This document shows, piece after piece, positions 19,624-29,769 of a stretch of DNA of 64,000 nucleotides. Each line of letters opens with the position of its first letter. Positions within the stretch are counted from its first letter, which is position 1. Below the pieces are notes generated by a model. The model was not told the DNA's origin. It was given only the letters and a program-made list of their open reading frames with translations, and did no database searches. Source of the DNA: an uncultured Gemmatimonadales bacterium (lineage in GTDB: Bacteria > Gemmatimonadota > Gemmatimonadetes > Gemmatimonadales > GWC2-71-9); assembly GCA_963795085.1 (NCBI GenBank), contig CAWCFX010000001.1, forward strand, positions 192,001-256,000. The letters run 5' to 3'. The position numbers and the translations under genes were made by a program.

Positions 19624-20280
19624 CTACTCTATCACCACGTACCGCTCCAGCCTCGCCACTTCCTTCTCGTTCACGTATTTTCCGATCTCGCGCCGGAACC
19701 GCGCGATGTTGTCGTAGGGCCGGTACTCCTTGAACTCGCGCAGCATCCGGTTGCCCACGCCGGGGATGGTCAGGATATCGGCATCGGTGGCGGTGTTCAG
19801 GTTGACCGGTACGAAGACGTATCCGCTGAGCCGGTCCAGCTCCTTATCGTCCACGTACTTGCCAATCTCCCGCCGGAACTGCGCCAACCCGCGGTAGGGG
19901 CGGTACTCCTCGAATTCGTGCAGCATCCGGTTCCCCACCCCGGGGATCAGCAGGATCTCTTCTTTCGAAGCCGTGTTCAGGTTGATATGCACGAACATCC
20001 GCCCATACAATTCCCGGCGCTGGTCGGCGCTGAGGGTCTGGGCCAGGAAGGTGTTCAGGTCGGTCATGCCCAGGAAAGGACGCCGCTCGACGATACCCCT
20101 GGCCAGCGCCGGGGTCAGGTGGGGCAGGGCGGCGAGGTCCTGTTCGGTGGCAATATTGGGATCCACCATCCCGGGCTGGCGGCCGACCTGGGCGTGGACC
20201 ACGGCGCTGGCGCCGCCCAGGAACAGGGCAGCCAGGAGCAGGGCAAAGCGGGTCGCGCGGCATGCGGACAATGTGGTCAT
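19624..20280 (-). CDS. Secreted protein with three helix-hairpin-helix (ComEA-like) repeats
   Basis: Signal peptide ending VHAQ. Repeats DPNIATEQDLAALPHL, NLNTASKEEILLIPGVG and NLNTATDADILTIPGVG. Confidence 0.8.
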   Translation of the reverse strand: MTTLSACRATRFALLLAALFLGGASAVVHAQVGRQPGMVDPNIATEQDLAALPHLTPALARGIVERRPFLGMTDLNTFLAQTLSADQRRELYGRMFVHINLNTASKEEILLIPGVGNRMLHEFEEYRPYRGLAQFRREIGKYVDDKELDRLSGYVFVPVNLNTATDADILTIPGVGNRMLREFKEYRPYDNIARFRREIGKYVNEKEVARLERYVVIE

Positions 20281-20297
20281 GATTCCTCGGGGTGAAC

Positions 20298-20741
20298 TCA
20301 GTGGACGTCCTCGCGAAACCGCGAAGACGTGTATAACAGGCCGATGGCGCCGAGCAGGATCATGGTGCCGGGCGCCAGGGCCGGTGTGGCGCCGGACATG
20401 GCCTCACGGAACAGCGCCCACCCGCGGATACCGGGCAGGCTCTCGACCTCGAACTCGACATTGCCCCGGTAGTGCTGCAGGGCCCCCACCGCCCCGCTGG
20501 CCAGGGAAATAAACATCAGGATCCGCAGCGTGAGGAGACTGGCCCGGTTGCCGCTCCCCCGGTGCCATGCCAGGGCGGCCAGGCTCAGGGCGATGATGCC
20601 CAGGGGTGCCAGCTGCCAGAAGTCCTCGGTATGACCCAGCAGCAACAGCTCGGCCCCGGTTCCCAGCATCCCGATGGTCAAAAGCCACAGAAGTGCCAGC
20701 CTGATTCCCCTAAGGTTTTCCCGCAGGCGGTCGGTGGACAT
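20298..20741 (-). CDS. Hypothetical membrane protein (about 4 TM)
   Basis: Hydrophobic segments, ELLLLGHTE and GATPALAPG motifs. Co-oriented with the HhH gene. Confidence 0.7.
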   Translation of the reverse strand: MSTDRLRENLRGIRLALLWLLTIGMLGTGAELLLLGHTEDFWQLAPLGIIALSLAALAWHRGSGNRASLLTLRILMFISLASGAVGALQHYRGNVEFEVESLPGIRGWALFREAMSGATPALAPGTMILLGAIGLLYTSSRFREDVH

Positions 20742-20881
20742 GGGGAAACCCTAACGGATGACAGTGGATACGACAATCCGGGTCATTGCCCGGCTGCCTC
20801 GCTCTACGCATAATAGACCAGGAGTGCTGAACCCTGCTTCCCGCCGGAGTGCTGCCCGGATGGAAGTGCCAAGGAGATCAT

Positions 20882-22888
20882 GTGTCCGCTGGCGTGAACC
20901 GGTGGTTTCTGGCGCTTGCCCTTGCAGGCGCGATATTACAATCGCAGCACGCGCAGGCCCAGGAAGCGGATTCCATGATCCAGGACCTGGTCGGGCTCGA
21001 TCTCGAGCAATTGGGCCAGATCAGGATCACTTCGGTATCCCGGCGACCGGAATCCATCGCCCAGGCCACCGCGGCCGTCACGGTCATCTCCCATGACGAG
21101 ATCCGCCGTTCCGGGGCCAGCAACCTGGCCGAAGTGCTCCAACTTGTTCCCGGCTTGCAGGTCGCGCGGGTCAGCACCCGGGAATGGGCCATCACCGCCC
21201 GCGGTTTCACCGAGTCCTCCCCCAACAAGCTCCTGGTCCTGATCGATGGCCGCGCGATTTACTCGCATCTGTTCGCCGGCGTGTTCTGGGAACTGCAGGA
21301 AATCCCGTTGGAACAGATCGACCGGATCGAGGTCATCCTGGGCCCGGGCGCCACGCTCTGGGGCTCCAACGCGGTGAACGGCGTCATCAATGTGACCACC
21401 CGGACGGCCACCCAGACCCTGGGCGCCCGAGTCGGGGTCCGGGCTGGAACCAACGACCGCCTCAAGGCCGGAGGCCGCTACGGCGTTCCGCTCGGGTCCC
21501 GCGGTGGAGTCCGCGTCTACCTCCAGCATGACAACCGGGGCCCCAGCCATCTCCCTGATGGAGGCCGGGGGCGGGACCGGTGGCGCCAGACCCAGGCCGG
21601 GTTCCGTCTCGATCTCGGGAGCACCGGCACCAGTTCGTACACCGTACAGGGGGATATTTACACCGGTACCGGCGGCCAGCGGGCGGTTCGGTTTTCTCCC
21701 GGCCCGCCGTACAGCGAAGTCGTCAACGATGAGCTGACAGTCAACGGCGGGAATCTGCTGGCCCGGTACATCCGGCGGATCGGCGGCGCCTCGGAGTTGC
21801 GGTTACAGACCTACTATGACCGTTCCTTCCGCCGGGTATCGGCGTCCTTCGGGTCGGTGGCGGTGAGCGTCTTCGATGTGGAGGCGCAGTACACCTGGGC
21901 CCTGGCCGCCCGCCACCAGCTGATGTGGGGCGCCGGGTATCGCATCAACACGGACAGTCTCAGCGGCACCTTTACGCTGATGCTGAACCCGCGGTCCCGC
22001 ACCACCCACCTGCTGACCGCCTTTGCGCAGGACGAGATTGCCCTGGCCCGGGACCGCTGGTACCTGACCCTCGGCGCGAAACTGGAACACAACGCGTATT
22101 CGGGAATCGAAATGCAGCCCAACCTCCGGCTGCGCTGGAGCCCTAACCCGCATCACACGGTCTGGTCGGCGGTGTCCCGGTCGGTCCGGACTCCTTCGCG
22201 CATCGATACCGACCTCCGGGCGGTCTCCAGCGTGGCCCCGGGTATGCCCCCGACTGTGGTCGAGTTTTTTGGCAATCCGGATTTCGAGCCCGAGGCGCTG
22301 ATCGCCTATGAAGTGGGGTATCGCGGCCGCCTGAGCCGCAAGGTCAGCGCGGACCTGGCGCTGTACTACAACGACTATGACCGGTTGAGGACCATCCTGC
22401 CCCTCCCGGCGCGGTCCGACACCGGCGGCTTCACCTCGGTTCCCATCATCCTTCGCAACGACGGCGAGGGGCATTCCCACGGAGGGACCGCGGTCGTCAG
22501 CTGGCAGCCCCATCACCGTGTCCTGGTCCGCGGCAGCTACACCCACCTCCAGAGCGACGTGGCCCTGTCGGACGGCGCCCCGTCCGGCGCGGCGAACACC
22601 ATCACCCCGGGGCTCAATCCCCGGCACATGGCGCGGCTGGCGGGATCGTTCACGCTGCCCGGCGGACTGTACCTGGACCTGGCGCTTCGGTTCATGGGTG
22701 AACTTCCCTCACCTCCGATCCAAGACTACCTGGAAGCCGATGCCCGTCTGGCCTGGGCCTTTCGTCCCAACGGCACCCTTGCCCTCATCGGCCGCAACCT
22801 GGTTGCCGCCCAGCATGCCGAGTTTCCCAGCGCTCTGAACCGCGAGATTCAGCGGAGTGCGCACCTTCAATTCGAGTGGCTGTTTTGA
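20882..22888 (+). CDS. TonB-dependent receptor
   Basis: Plug motifs LVLIDGR and IDRIEVILGPGATLWGSNAVNGVINV; C-terminal EWLF. GTG start after AAGGAG. Confidence 0.9.
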   Translation: MSAGVNRWFLALALAGAILQSQHAQAQEADSMIQDLVGLDLEQLGQIRITSVSRRPESIAQATAAVTVISHDEIRRSGASNLAEVLQLVPGLQVARVSTREWAITARGFTESSPNKLLVLIDGRAIYSHLFAGVFWELQEIPLEQIDRIEVILGPGATLWGSNAVNGVINVTTRTATQTLGARVGVRAGTNDRLKAGGRYGVPLGSRGGVRVYLQHDNRGPSHLPDGGRGRDRWRQTQAGFRLDLGSTGTSSYTVQGDIYTGTGGQRAVRFSPGPPYSEVVNDELTVNGGNLLARYIRRIGGASELRLQTYYDRSFRRVSASFGSVAVSVFDVEAQYTWALAARHQLMWGAGYRINTDSLSGTFTLMLNPRSRTTHLLTAFAQDEIALARDRWYLTLGAKLEHNAYSGIEMQPNLRLRWSPNPHHTVWSAVSRSVRTPSRIDTDLRAVSSVAPGMPPTVVEFFGNPDFEPEALIAYEVGYRGRLSRKVSADLALYYNDYDRLRTILPLPARSDTGGFTSVPIILRNDGEGHSHGGTAVVSWQPHHRVLVRGSYTHLQSDVALSDGAPSGAANTITPGLNPRHMARLAGSFTLPGGLYLDLALRFMGELPSPPIQDYLEADARLAWAFRPNGTLALIGRNLVAAQHAEFPSALNREIQRSAHLQFEWLF

Positions 22889-23457
22889 GCCGGGCCGTTC
22901 CCCCGCAGACATGGCGGCGCCTCGGGTGGCTCCTGGTGGCCATCCTGGTTGGCGCGCCCGGCCTCGCCGCCCAGGACCGGACCCCGCTGGAGTACCAGGT
23001 GAAGGCCGCGTACCTCCTCAATTTCACCCGGTACGTACAGTGGCCGGCTCACCTGGCTCCGTCCGAGAGCCTGCCGGTATCGATCTGCGTACTCGGCCAG
23101 GATCCTTTCGGCCCCGACCTGGACGCCGCGGTGCTGGGCAAGACCAGCCACGGCCACCCGGTGCTGGTGCGCCGGGTGGATTCGGTCCAGGGCGCTTCCG
23201 GCTGCCATATCGTTTTCGTCACCCGGGAGACCTGGCGAGATCGGCGGGAAACCATCCTCACGCTGACCTCCCGCGGTGTCCTGACCGTGGGGGATTCCGA
23301 GGAGTTCGCCCGGGGAGGCGGCGTCATCGGCTTCGTCCTGACCAATGAAACCGTGCGGTTTGTCGTCAACCTCAAGGCCCGGGAACGGTCCGGCCTGGTG
23401 ATCAGCTCCCGGGTGCTGGCGCTGGCGACCGGCCTGTTCGAGGCGGACGGGCCATGA
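22876..23457 (+). CDS. yfiR: YfiR family periplasmic protein (DUF4154)
   Basis: EYQVKAAYLLNFTRYVQWP, ICVLGQDPFG, VLTVGD, VRFVVNL, L.ISSRVL.LA. Confidence 0.9.
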   Translation: MAVLSRAVPPQTWRRLGWLLVAILVGAPGLAAQDRTPLEYQVKAAYLLNFTRYVQWPAHLAPSESLPVSICVLGQDPFGPDLDAAVLGKTSHGHPVLVRRVDSVQGASGCHIVFVTRETWRDRRETILTLTSRGVLTVGDSEEFARGGGVIGFVLTNETVRFVVNLKARERSGLVISSRVLALATGLFEADGP

Positions 23458-25715
23458 GCCGTCGATTCCGCGACCTGCCCATTCGGCGGCGGGTCAACGT
23501 CCTCATCATGGCGGCCAGCGCCATCGGCCTGGTGTTCGCCGCGCTGGGCGTCCTGGTCTATGACCTGAAGACCCTCAAGCCGCGGGCCTTGAGCGATGCC
23601 ACCTCGCAGGCCGATATCGTCCGGGTCAATTCGACCGCGGCGCTCATGTTCGGGGATACTCTCGCCGCGGGAGAAAACCTGAGGACCCTGGCCGCTCGGC
23701 CCGAAATATCCGCAGCCGCGATTTTCGATGCCGACGGCGAGATATTCGCCTCCTATGTCCGCGCCGGGGACGGGGCCCTGGAGTTTACCCGCCGTCCCGA
23801 TGCCGGGGCCCGGTTTGCCGGCAACAGCCTGGTCCTGACCCGGCCGATTCACTCGGATGACCAGCAGCTCGGCTGGCTGACGCTTCAGTACGACCTGCCC
23901 TCCGTGGCCGAACGCCTGCCCCAGTACGGACTCCTGGCCAGCGTGCTCATGCTGGCCCTGCTGGTGGCGTCGGTGCTGCTCTCCCGTTTCATCATGCGCA
24001 GCATTACCGCGCCGATTCTTCACCTGGAGGAGGCCAGCCGCGCGATCTCCGAGCGCAAAGGCATCGCGATCCGCGCGGTGAAGCGGGGCGAGGACGAAAT
24101 CGGACGGCTCACCGACGCGTTTAACGAGATGCTGGGAGCCCTGGAGCAACGCGAAGCCGACCTGCGGGACAGCACCCGGCAGCTGGTGGAGGCCATGGTG
24201 GCTGCCCGGATGTCCGCCTGGTCGTTCGACCCCGCAAACGAAATTCTTTCCTGGGGCGGGCAGGAGGAGCGGCTGTTCGGCAAAGACTGTGTCCCGCCGG
24301 ACCAAACCCTGGGCGCCTTCCTCGATCTGGTCCATCCGGCCGACCGGGAAGCGCTCGAAACGGCCCTAGGCGCCGCCGCCGGGGCCCGGCAATCGTTCAT
24401 CACCGACTTCCGGATCATTGCCCCCGACGGCAGGCTGCGCTGGTTCTCCATTAACGGCGGGAGCAGCGCCGATGACCTCGGCCCCGACACGAGGGTAATT
24501 GGACTGGTCATGGACATCACCGAACGGCGCCATCTGGAGGAACAGCTGGTTCAGTCCCAGAAGATGGAAGCGATCGGGCGGCTGGCCGGCGGAATCGCCC
24601 ATGATTTCAACAACCTGCTGACCGGCATCCTCGGCTATGCCCGCTTTGCCATCTCCGACCTGCCGGAAGGCCATCGCGCCCGGGCCGACGTGCTGGAAAT
24701 CGAACGGGCCGGAACCCGCGCGGCCGCGTTGACCAGCCAGCTCCTGTCTTACGCCCGCCGCCAGATGATCGCGCCGCGGGTGACCGACCTCAATGACCTC
24801 GTCCGCGGAATGGACTCCCTGCTTCGCCGCCTGATCGGCGAGGACATCACCCTGGAGACCCGTTGCATGGCAGACCTCTGGTCCGCCCGGATCGACCCGA
24901 CCCAGTTCGAGCAGGTGATCCTGAATCTCACGGTGAACGCGCGCGACGCCATGCCCCATGGCGGCCGGCTGACCATCGAGACCGGGAACCGGGTGCTGGG
25001 GGCCCAGGATGGTCCGTCCCATCCCGAAGTCACCCCCGGCCAGTACGTGCTGCTCACCGTGCGCGATACCGGCAGCGGCATGGATGCCGCCACCCAGGCG
25101 CGGATCTTCGAACCGTTCTTTACCACGAAGGAACAGGGAAAGGGGACCGGGCTGGGACTTGCCGTGGCCTACGGAATCATTGCCCAGGCCGGCGGCCACA
25201 TCCTGGTCTCCAGCGAAACGGGGCAGGGAACGGTGTTCACGGTACTGCTCCCCCGGGCCTCGGAATCCATTCCGGTGGACCCGGTCAGCGAAGCCGAGAC
25301 GACGGTGGCCCCGACGGGAGATGAAACAGTGCTGGTCGTCGAGGATGAACCCCTGGTACGGAAGCTGGCCGTCCGGGTGCTGACAGCCCAGGGCTACACG
25401 GTCATGGAAGCCGCCGACGGGCCAGGGGCGTTGGCCCTGGCTCGGGCCCACCACGGGCCAATCCACCTGCTGTTGACCGATGTCATCATGCCGGGGATGA
25501 GCGGGAAGGAAGTCGCGGCCGCGCTGGCCGGATTGCATCCTGACCTCAAGGTGATCTACATGTCGGGATATGCCGAGCACACCGTGGTGCAGCGGGGCGT
25601 GATCGACGACGGCATTGCGTTCCTCCCCAAGCCATTTGACCCGGGAAGCCTGGCCCGCACGGTCCGGGATGTCCTGGACCGCCGGTTCTCAGCGTCCCGC
25701 CGGCCCGGTGGGTGA
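23454..25715 (+). CDS. Membrane hybrid sensor histidine kinase (periplasmic sensor-HAMP-PAS-HisKA-HATPase-REC)
   Basis: Two TM segments, DEIGRLTDAFNEM, AHDFNNLL, NARDAM, GTGLGL, receiver LLTDVIMP. Confidence 0.92.
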   Translation: MSRRFRDLPIRRRVNVLIMAASAIGLVFAALGVLVYDLKTLKPRALSDATSQADIVRVNSTAALMFGDTLAAGENLRTLAARPEISAAAIFDADGEIFASYVRAGDGALEFTRRPDAGARFAGNSLVLTRPIHSDDQQLGWLTLQYDLPSVAERLPQYGLLASVLMLALLVASVLLSRFIMRSITAPILHLEEASRAISERKGIAIRAVKRGEDEIGRLTDAFNEMLGALEQREADLRDSTRQLVEAMVAARMSAWSFDPANEILSWGGQEERLFGKDCVPPDQTLGAFLDLVHPADREALETALGAAAGARQSFITDFRIIAPDGRLRWFSINGGSSADDLGPDTRVIGLVMDITERRHLEEQLVQSQKMEAIGRLAGGIAHDFNNLLTGILGYARFAISDLPEGHRARADVLEIERAGTRAAALTSQLLSYARRQMIAPRVTDLNDLVRGMDSLLRRLIGEDITLETRCMADLWSARIDPTQFEQVILNLTVNARDAMPHGGRLTIETGNRVLGAQDGPSHPEVTPGQYVLLTVRDTGSGMDAATQARIFEPFFTTKEQGKGTGLGLAVAYGIIAQAGGHILVSSETGQGTVFTVLLPRASESIPVDPVSEAETTVAPTGDETVLVVEDEPLVRKLAVRVLTAQGYTVMEAADGPGALALARAHHGPIHLLLTDVIMPGMSGKEVAAALAGLHPDLKVIYMSGYAEHTVVQRGVIDDGIAFLPKPFDPGSLARTVRDVLDRRFSASRRPGG

Positions 25716-28700
25716 GCCGCCTTCCTGCGGCCGCAAGGCCCGGGAGACCGTCTCCAGCAGCACCGCCGGCGGTACCGGCTTCTGCAGGAAGGGCTGATCC
25801 TCGCCCAGCCGGCCCCGCCCGATCACCGTTTCCCGCGGGTACCCCGACATCCATACGATGGGAACATCGGGGTGCTTCTCCGCCATCCGGATCGCCAGCT
25901 CGGCCCCGCCCATCACCGGCATCACCACGTCGCTCACCACCAGGTCGATCCCCCGTCCCAGTTCCTCGAGCTTCTCGAGGGCATCGGCGCCGTGAACCGC
26001 CTGGTACACCTCGTACCCCCGGTTGGCCAGAGTGCGGACAATGACTTCCCGGACCATGGCCTCGTCGTCCACCACCAGGAGCCGGCCGCGGAACCCCTCC
26101 CGCGCGGGGAATGGCGCGGGGGGCGCATCCGTTTCGAGGGGCGCGCTGGTGAACGGCAGGAGCACATGAAACGTGGATCCGGCGCTCGGCTCGCTTTCGG
26201 CCCAGATGTGGCCCTTGCTCTGGCTCAGTATGCCATCCACCGTGGCCAGACCCAGGCCAGTCCCTTCGCCCACCGGCTTGGTGGTGAAAAAGGCGTCGAA
26301 GATACGGTCGAGGTCTTCAGCCCGGATGCCCACCCCGGAATCCTGCACCGTCAGCTCGGCATAGTGTCCCGGCTGGACCGGCGCGCGGGCGGTGCTGTCC
26401 AGCTCCCGGCCCCGGACCGACCGGGTGCCCGTCCGCACCACGACCCGCCCGCCCTCAGGCATGGCATCCCGGGCGTTGATGACCAGGTTCATCATGACCT
26501 GCAGCAACTGGGTCCGGTCCACCTTGACCCACAGTGCATCAGGGCCGAGGTCCAGCTGCATCTCCAGGTTGCTGCCGATCAGGCGTTGGAGCATGGGCCG
26601 GGTTTCCGCGACCGCGGTATTCAGGTCGATGGTTTCCGGCACCAGGACCTGCTGTCGGCTGAAGGCAAGCAACTGGTGGGTCAGGCTGGCCATCCGCTCG
26701 GTCGTGTTGGAGATCTCGGCCAGGTCGTTCCTGGATTCCTCGCTCAGGCCCGGGTCGCGGGCCACGAAATCCAGCAGGCCGCTCAGCGCGTGCAGCTGGT
26801 TGTTGAAGTCGTGGGCCAGGCCGCCCGCCAACTGCCCGATGGCCTCCATCTTGGCGGACTGCCGGAGCCGTTCTTCCACCTGCCGCCGCTCGTTGATGTC
26901 GAGCGTCAGGCCGCTCAGCTGGATTACCCGGCCCGCCGCATCGGCCACCGACCGGCCGATGGACAACAGCCACCGGACGCCGTGGGCCGGGTGGATGATC
27001 CGGTACTCCAGCGACAGGTCTCCTCCCTTCTCCATCGCGTAGCGGAGCGCCGAATCGGTGCGGGCCCGGTCATCCGGGTGGATCAGGGCGATCCAGGCTT
27101 CGTACGAGACCTGGTCGGCAGGAGGAGAACCATGCAGAGCGCAGCATTGCTCCGACCAGACAGCCTGGCCCCGTTCGACATCGAAATCCCATGTCCCGGC
27201 CGCCGCCGCGCGAAGCGCCATCCGAAGCCGTTCGTCGTGCTCCTTGACGGTCTCTTCGGTTCGCTTCCTCTCGTCGATGTCCACCGAAGCCCCTACCCAT
27301 TGCAGCACCCGGCCGGCGCTGTCGGTAACCGGCACGACCCGGCTCAGGAACCAGCGATAGGCCCCATCCCGGCGCCGCATTCGGAACTCAAACTCGCACG
27401 GCTGCCCGGCTTCAATGGCCCGCGCAAAGGCGGCGAGGACGGCATCGCGGTCCTCCGGGTGCAGGCCGTGGCCCGAACCGGCCAGCGGCTGGTATTCATC
27501 CAGGGAGAGCCCGGTGTATTCGGTAAATGTCTGGTTGACGAAAGTGAGCTGCCCATCCGGCCCGGTCGACCAGACCATACCGGGGATCGCGTCGCCCAGC
27601 GAACGGTGGAACGCCGCCGATTGCTCGGCGGAATGCTCCGCCTTGCGCAAAGAGGTGATGTCGCTGCTGACTGACAGCACCGAGACGACTGCGCCGGTCG
27701 AGTCCCGTTCCGGGAGGAAACGGGCATGATAGAGACGAATGCCGTTGGGGGCGGGGTATTCGAAATCCAGTTCCGTGCCCTGGCCGGTGTCAAAGACTCG
27801 CTGGATGGCCCCGTTCCACATCCGCGCGAATTCCGGGCGTTCGCCGATCTCGGTGCTCCTCCGCCCGATGTAGGCTGAAGCGGGACGGCCGGTGACATGC
27901 CGAACGGACTCGCTGATGAAAATGTGGCGGTGTTCCCGGTCGTACCGCGCGATCACGTCGGGAATGCTGGCGAGCACCGCGGCGAGCCGCTGTTCCCGGT
28001 CGCGCAACGCGGCGGTCGATCGGCGCAGGTCGGAGACGTCGGTGAAGGTCCCGATCCATTCGGCATTCCCGGTCCCCGGGACCGGCACCCCGCGGACGGC
28101 CAGATGGCAATAGTCCCCCGCCTGGGTCCGCACCCGGTACTCGCTGGCGAAGGGTTCGCCCCGCTGGATGCCCCGCATGTAGGGTTCCCGGGCGGCCTCC
28201 TGGTCCTCCGGGTGCACCGCCGCGAGCCAGCCCCAGTCCCGCGTTTCCTCGATGGTCTGCCCGGTAAGGCCGCACCACCAGGCCACCCCTTCGCCATCCC
28301 GGCCATCGGTGTAGGCGGTCCAGACCGCATCGCTGGTCGCCATGGCGAGTGATCGAAAGCGGGCCTCGCTGGCTCGCAGCGCATCCTCGGCTTCCATCCG
28401 GTGGGTGATATCGGCGGAGAACCCGAGGAAGCGCTCCGGCTCCCCCGTCGGGCCCCGGATCACCTCGCCCCGGCTGCTGATCCACCGGTAGAGACCGCCG
28501 TCGCCCCGCACGCGATACTCGATGATGAACTTGCGCTCGCCCCGGATGGCCTGCGCCGCTGCTGCTTCTACCCGCGCCAGGTCCTCCGGGTGAACCCGCG
28601 CCATGAACTCGGCGCTGCTTCCTTGCACCAGCCCCCACAGGGGCATGGCGTTCGGAGAACACGAGGTGATGCCGGTGGCCAGGTCCATGTCCCAGGAGAC

Positions 28701-28778
28701 GATCTGGGCCGCGTTGATCGCGTTCCGGAGCTGTTGCTCACTGGCGGTCTGGCCGGGCTGAGGGTCGGTCCGTGTCAT
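25689..28778 (-). CDS. Cytoplasmic multi-PAS hybrid histidine kinase
   Basis: About five PAS/PAC units (HPED repeats), AHDFNNQL, GTGLGL, C-terminal receiver VVSDVVMP. Confidence 0.92.
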   Translation of the reverse strand: MTRTDPQPGQTASEQQLRNAINAAQIVSWDMDLATGITSCSPNAMPLWGLVQGSSAEFMARVHPEDLARVEAAAAQAIRGERKFIIEYRVRGDGGLYRWISSRGEVIRGPTGEPERFLGFSADITHRMEAEDALRASEARFRSLAMATSDAVWTAYTDGRDGEGVAWWCGLTGQTIEETRDWGWLAAVHPEDQEAAREPYMRGIQRGEPFASEYRVRTQAGDYCHLAVRGVPVPGTGNAEWIGTFTDVSDLRRSTAALRDREQRLAAVLASIPDVIARYDREHRHIFISESVRHVTGRPASAYIGRRSTEIGERPEFARMWNGAIQRVFDTGQGTELDFEYPAPNGIRLYHARFLPERDSTGAVVSVLSVSSDITSLRKAEHSAEQSAAFHRSLGDAIPGMVWSTGPDGQLTFVNQTFTEYTGLSLDEYQPLAGSGHGLHPEDRDAVLAAFARAIEAGQPCEFEFRMRRRDGAYRWFLSRVVPVTDSAGRVLQWVGASVDIDERKRTEETVKEHDERLRMALRAAAAGTWDFDVERGQAVWSEQCCALHGSPPADQVSYEAWIALIHPDDRARTDSALRYAMEKGGDLSLEYRIIHPAHGVRWLLSIGRSVADAAGRVIQLSGLTLDINERRQVEERLRQSAKMEAIGQLAGGLAHDFNNQLHALSGLLDFVARDPGLSEESRNDLAEISNTTERMASLTHQLLAFSRQQVLVPETIDLNTAVAETRPMLQRLIGSNLEMQLDLGPDALWVKVDRTQLLQVMMNLVINARDAMPEGGRVVVRTGTRSVRGRELDSTARAPVQPGHYAELTVQDSGVGIRAEDLDRIFDAFFTTKPVGEGTGLGLATVDGILSQSKGHIWAESEPSAGSTFHVLLPFTSAPLETDAPPAPFPAREGFRGRLLVVDDEAMVREVIVRTLANRGYEVYQAVHGADALEKLEELGRGIDLVVSDVVMPVMGGAELAIRMAEKHPDVPIVWMSGYPRETVIGRGRLGEDQPFLQKPVPPAVLLETVSRALRPQEGGSPTGPAGR

Positions 28779-28839
28779 GGTCTAGGGAGGAGATGCCTGG
28801 AAAAATTCGCCGGGCCGCGACTCGGCGCAACTGTGGCGC

Positions 28840-29769
28840 TCATTCGGTGACCGCCGTCACGCCGGGCCCCAGCCTGACACCCCGGTCAATCCTCACCCGG
28901 ATCACCTGGCCCGGGTGGGGGACTGCATTCCCCTCCGGGAGCCGCATGGTGACCCGCGCGGGGCCGATCAGTCCGATGACGTCCCGGTGGTTGCCCATGT
29001 CCACGGTGCGCTCTACCCGGAAATCCTCCCCCTCCGGTGCGGAAACCGGCCGGAGCCCGCCCGGCGGCACCGCGATCGTCCCCGCGCCGCAGGACACGAT
29101 GGTATAGCCCAGCAGTTCGGCCGTAGCCGCATCTCCCGGGGACCGGTACACGTCCCCGCTGGGGCCCCGCGCCAGCACCCGCCCCGCTACCAGCACGACC
29201 AGTTCTTCAGCCAGCCGGAAAGCCTCCTCCCGGTCATGGGTCACCAGGATTGTCGTGGTGGCGAAAGTTCGAAGCAGGTGGGGCAGTTCTTCCAGCAGCC
29301 GTCCCCGGCTTCCGCGGTCGAGGCCGGCCAGCGGTTCGTCCAGCAAAGTGACGGGAGCCCGCAGGCAGAGGGCGCGAGCCAGGTTGACCCGCTGGGCCTC
29401 GCCCGCCGAGAGCGCCCGGGCCCGCCGCTCAAGCAGGTGGACAATCCCGAACCCTTCCGCCGCTTCATGGATTCGGTCCCGTCTCTCCACTTCTGCAACG
29501 CGCCGGAGCAGCAGGCCCAGTTCGAGATTCTGGTGCACCGACCCGCGGATGAAGACCGGCCGTTGAAACGAAAAGGCGACGTGGGCCGGAGAAACCTTCC
29601 CCGCGCCCGGGGTCTCCAGCCCCGCGATCAGCCTGAGCAGGGTGGTCTTGCCCGACCCGTTGGGACCAAAGAGCGCGGTGGTGCTGCCGTGGGCGAAGGC
29701 GAGCCCGGGGATATCGAGAACGGCCCGCTCGCCCCGGCTGAACCGCACCCCGTCCAGGCGTACCTCCAT
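28840..29769 (-). CDS. tupC: Tungstate-type ABC transporter ATP-binding protein
   Basis: GPNGSGKT, LSAGE, LLDEP, VTHD. Third gene of the operon. Confidence 0.8.
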   Translation of the reverse strand: MEVRLDGVRFSRGERAVLDIPGLAFAHGSTTALFGPNGSGKTTLLRLIAGLETPGAGKVSPAHVAFSFQRPVFIRGSVHQNLELGLLLRRVAEVERRDRIHEAAEGFGIVHLLERRARALSAGEAQRVNLARALCLRAPVTLLDEPLAGLDRGSRGRLLEELPHLLRTFATTTILVTHDREEAFRLAEELVVLVAGRVLARGPSGDVYRSPGDAATAELLGYTIVSCGAGTIAVPPGGLRPVSAPEGEDFRVERTVDMGNHRDVIGLIGPARVTMRLPEGNAVPHPGQVIRVRIDRGVRLGPGVTAVTE

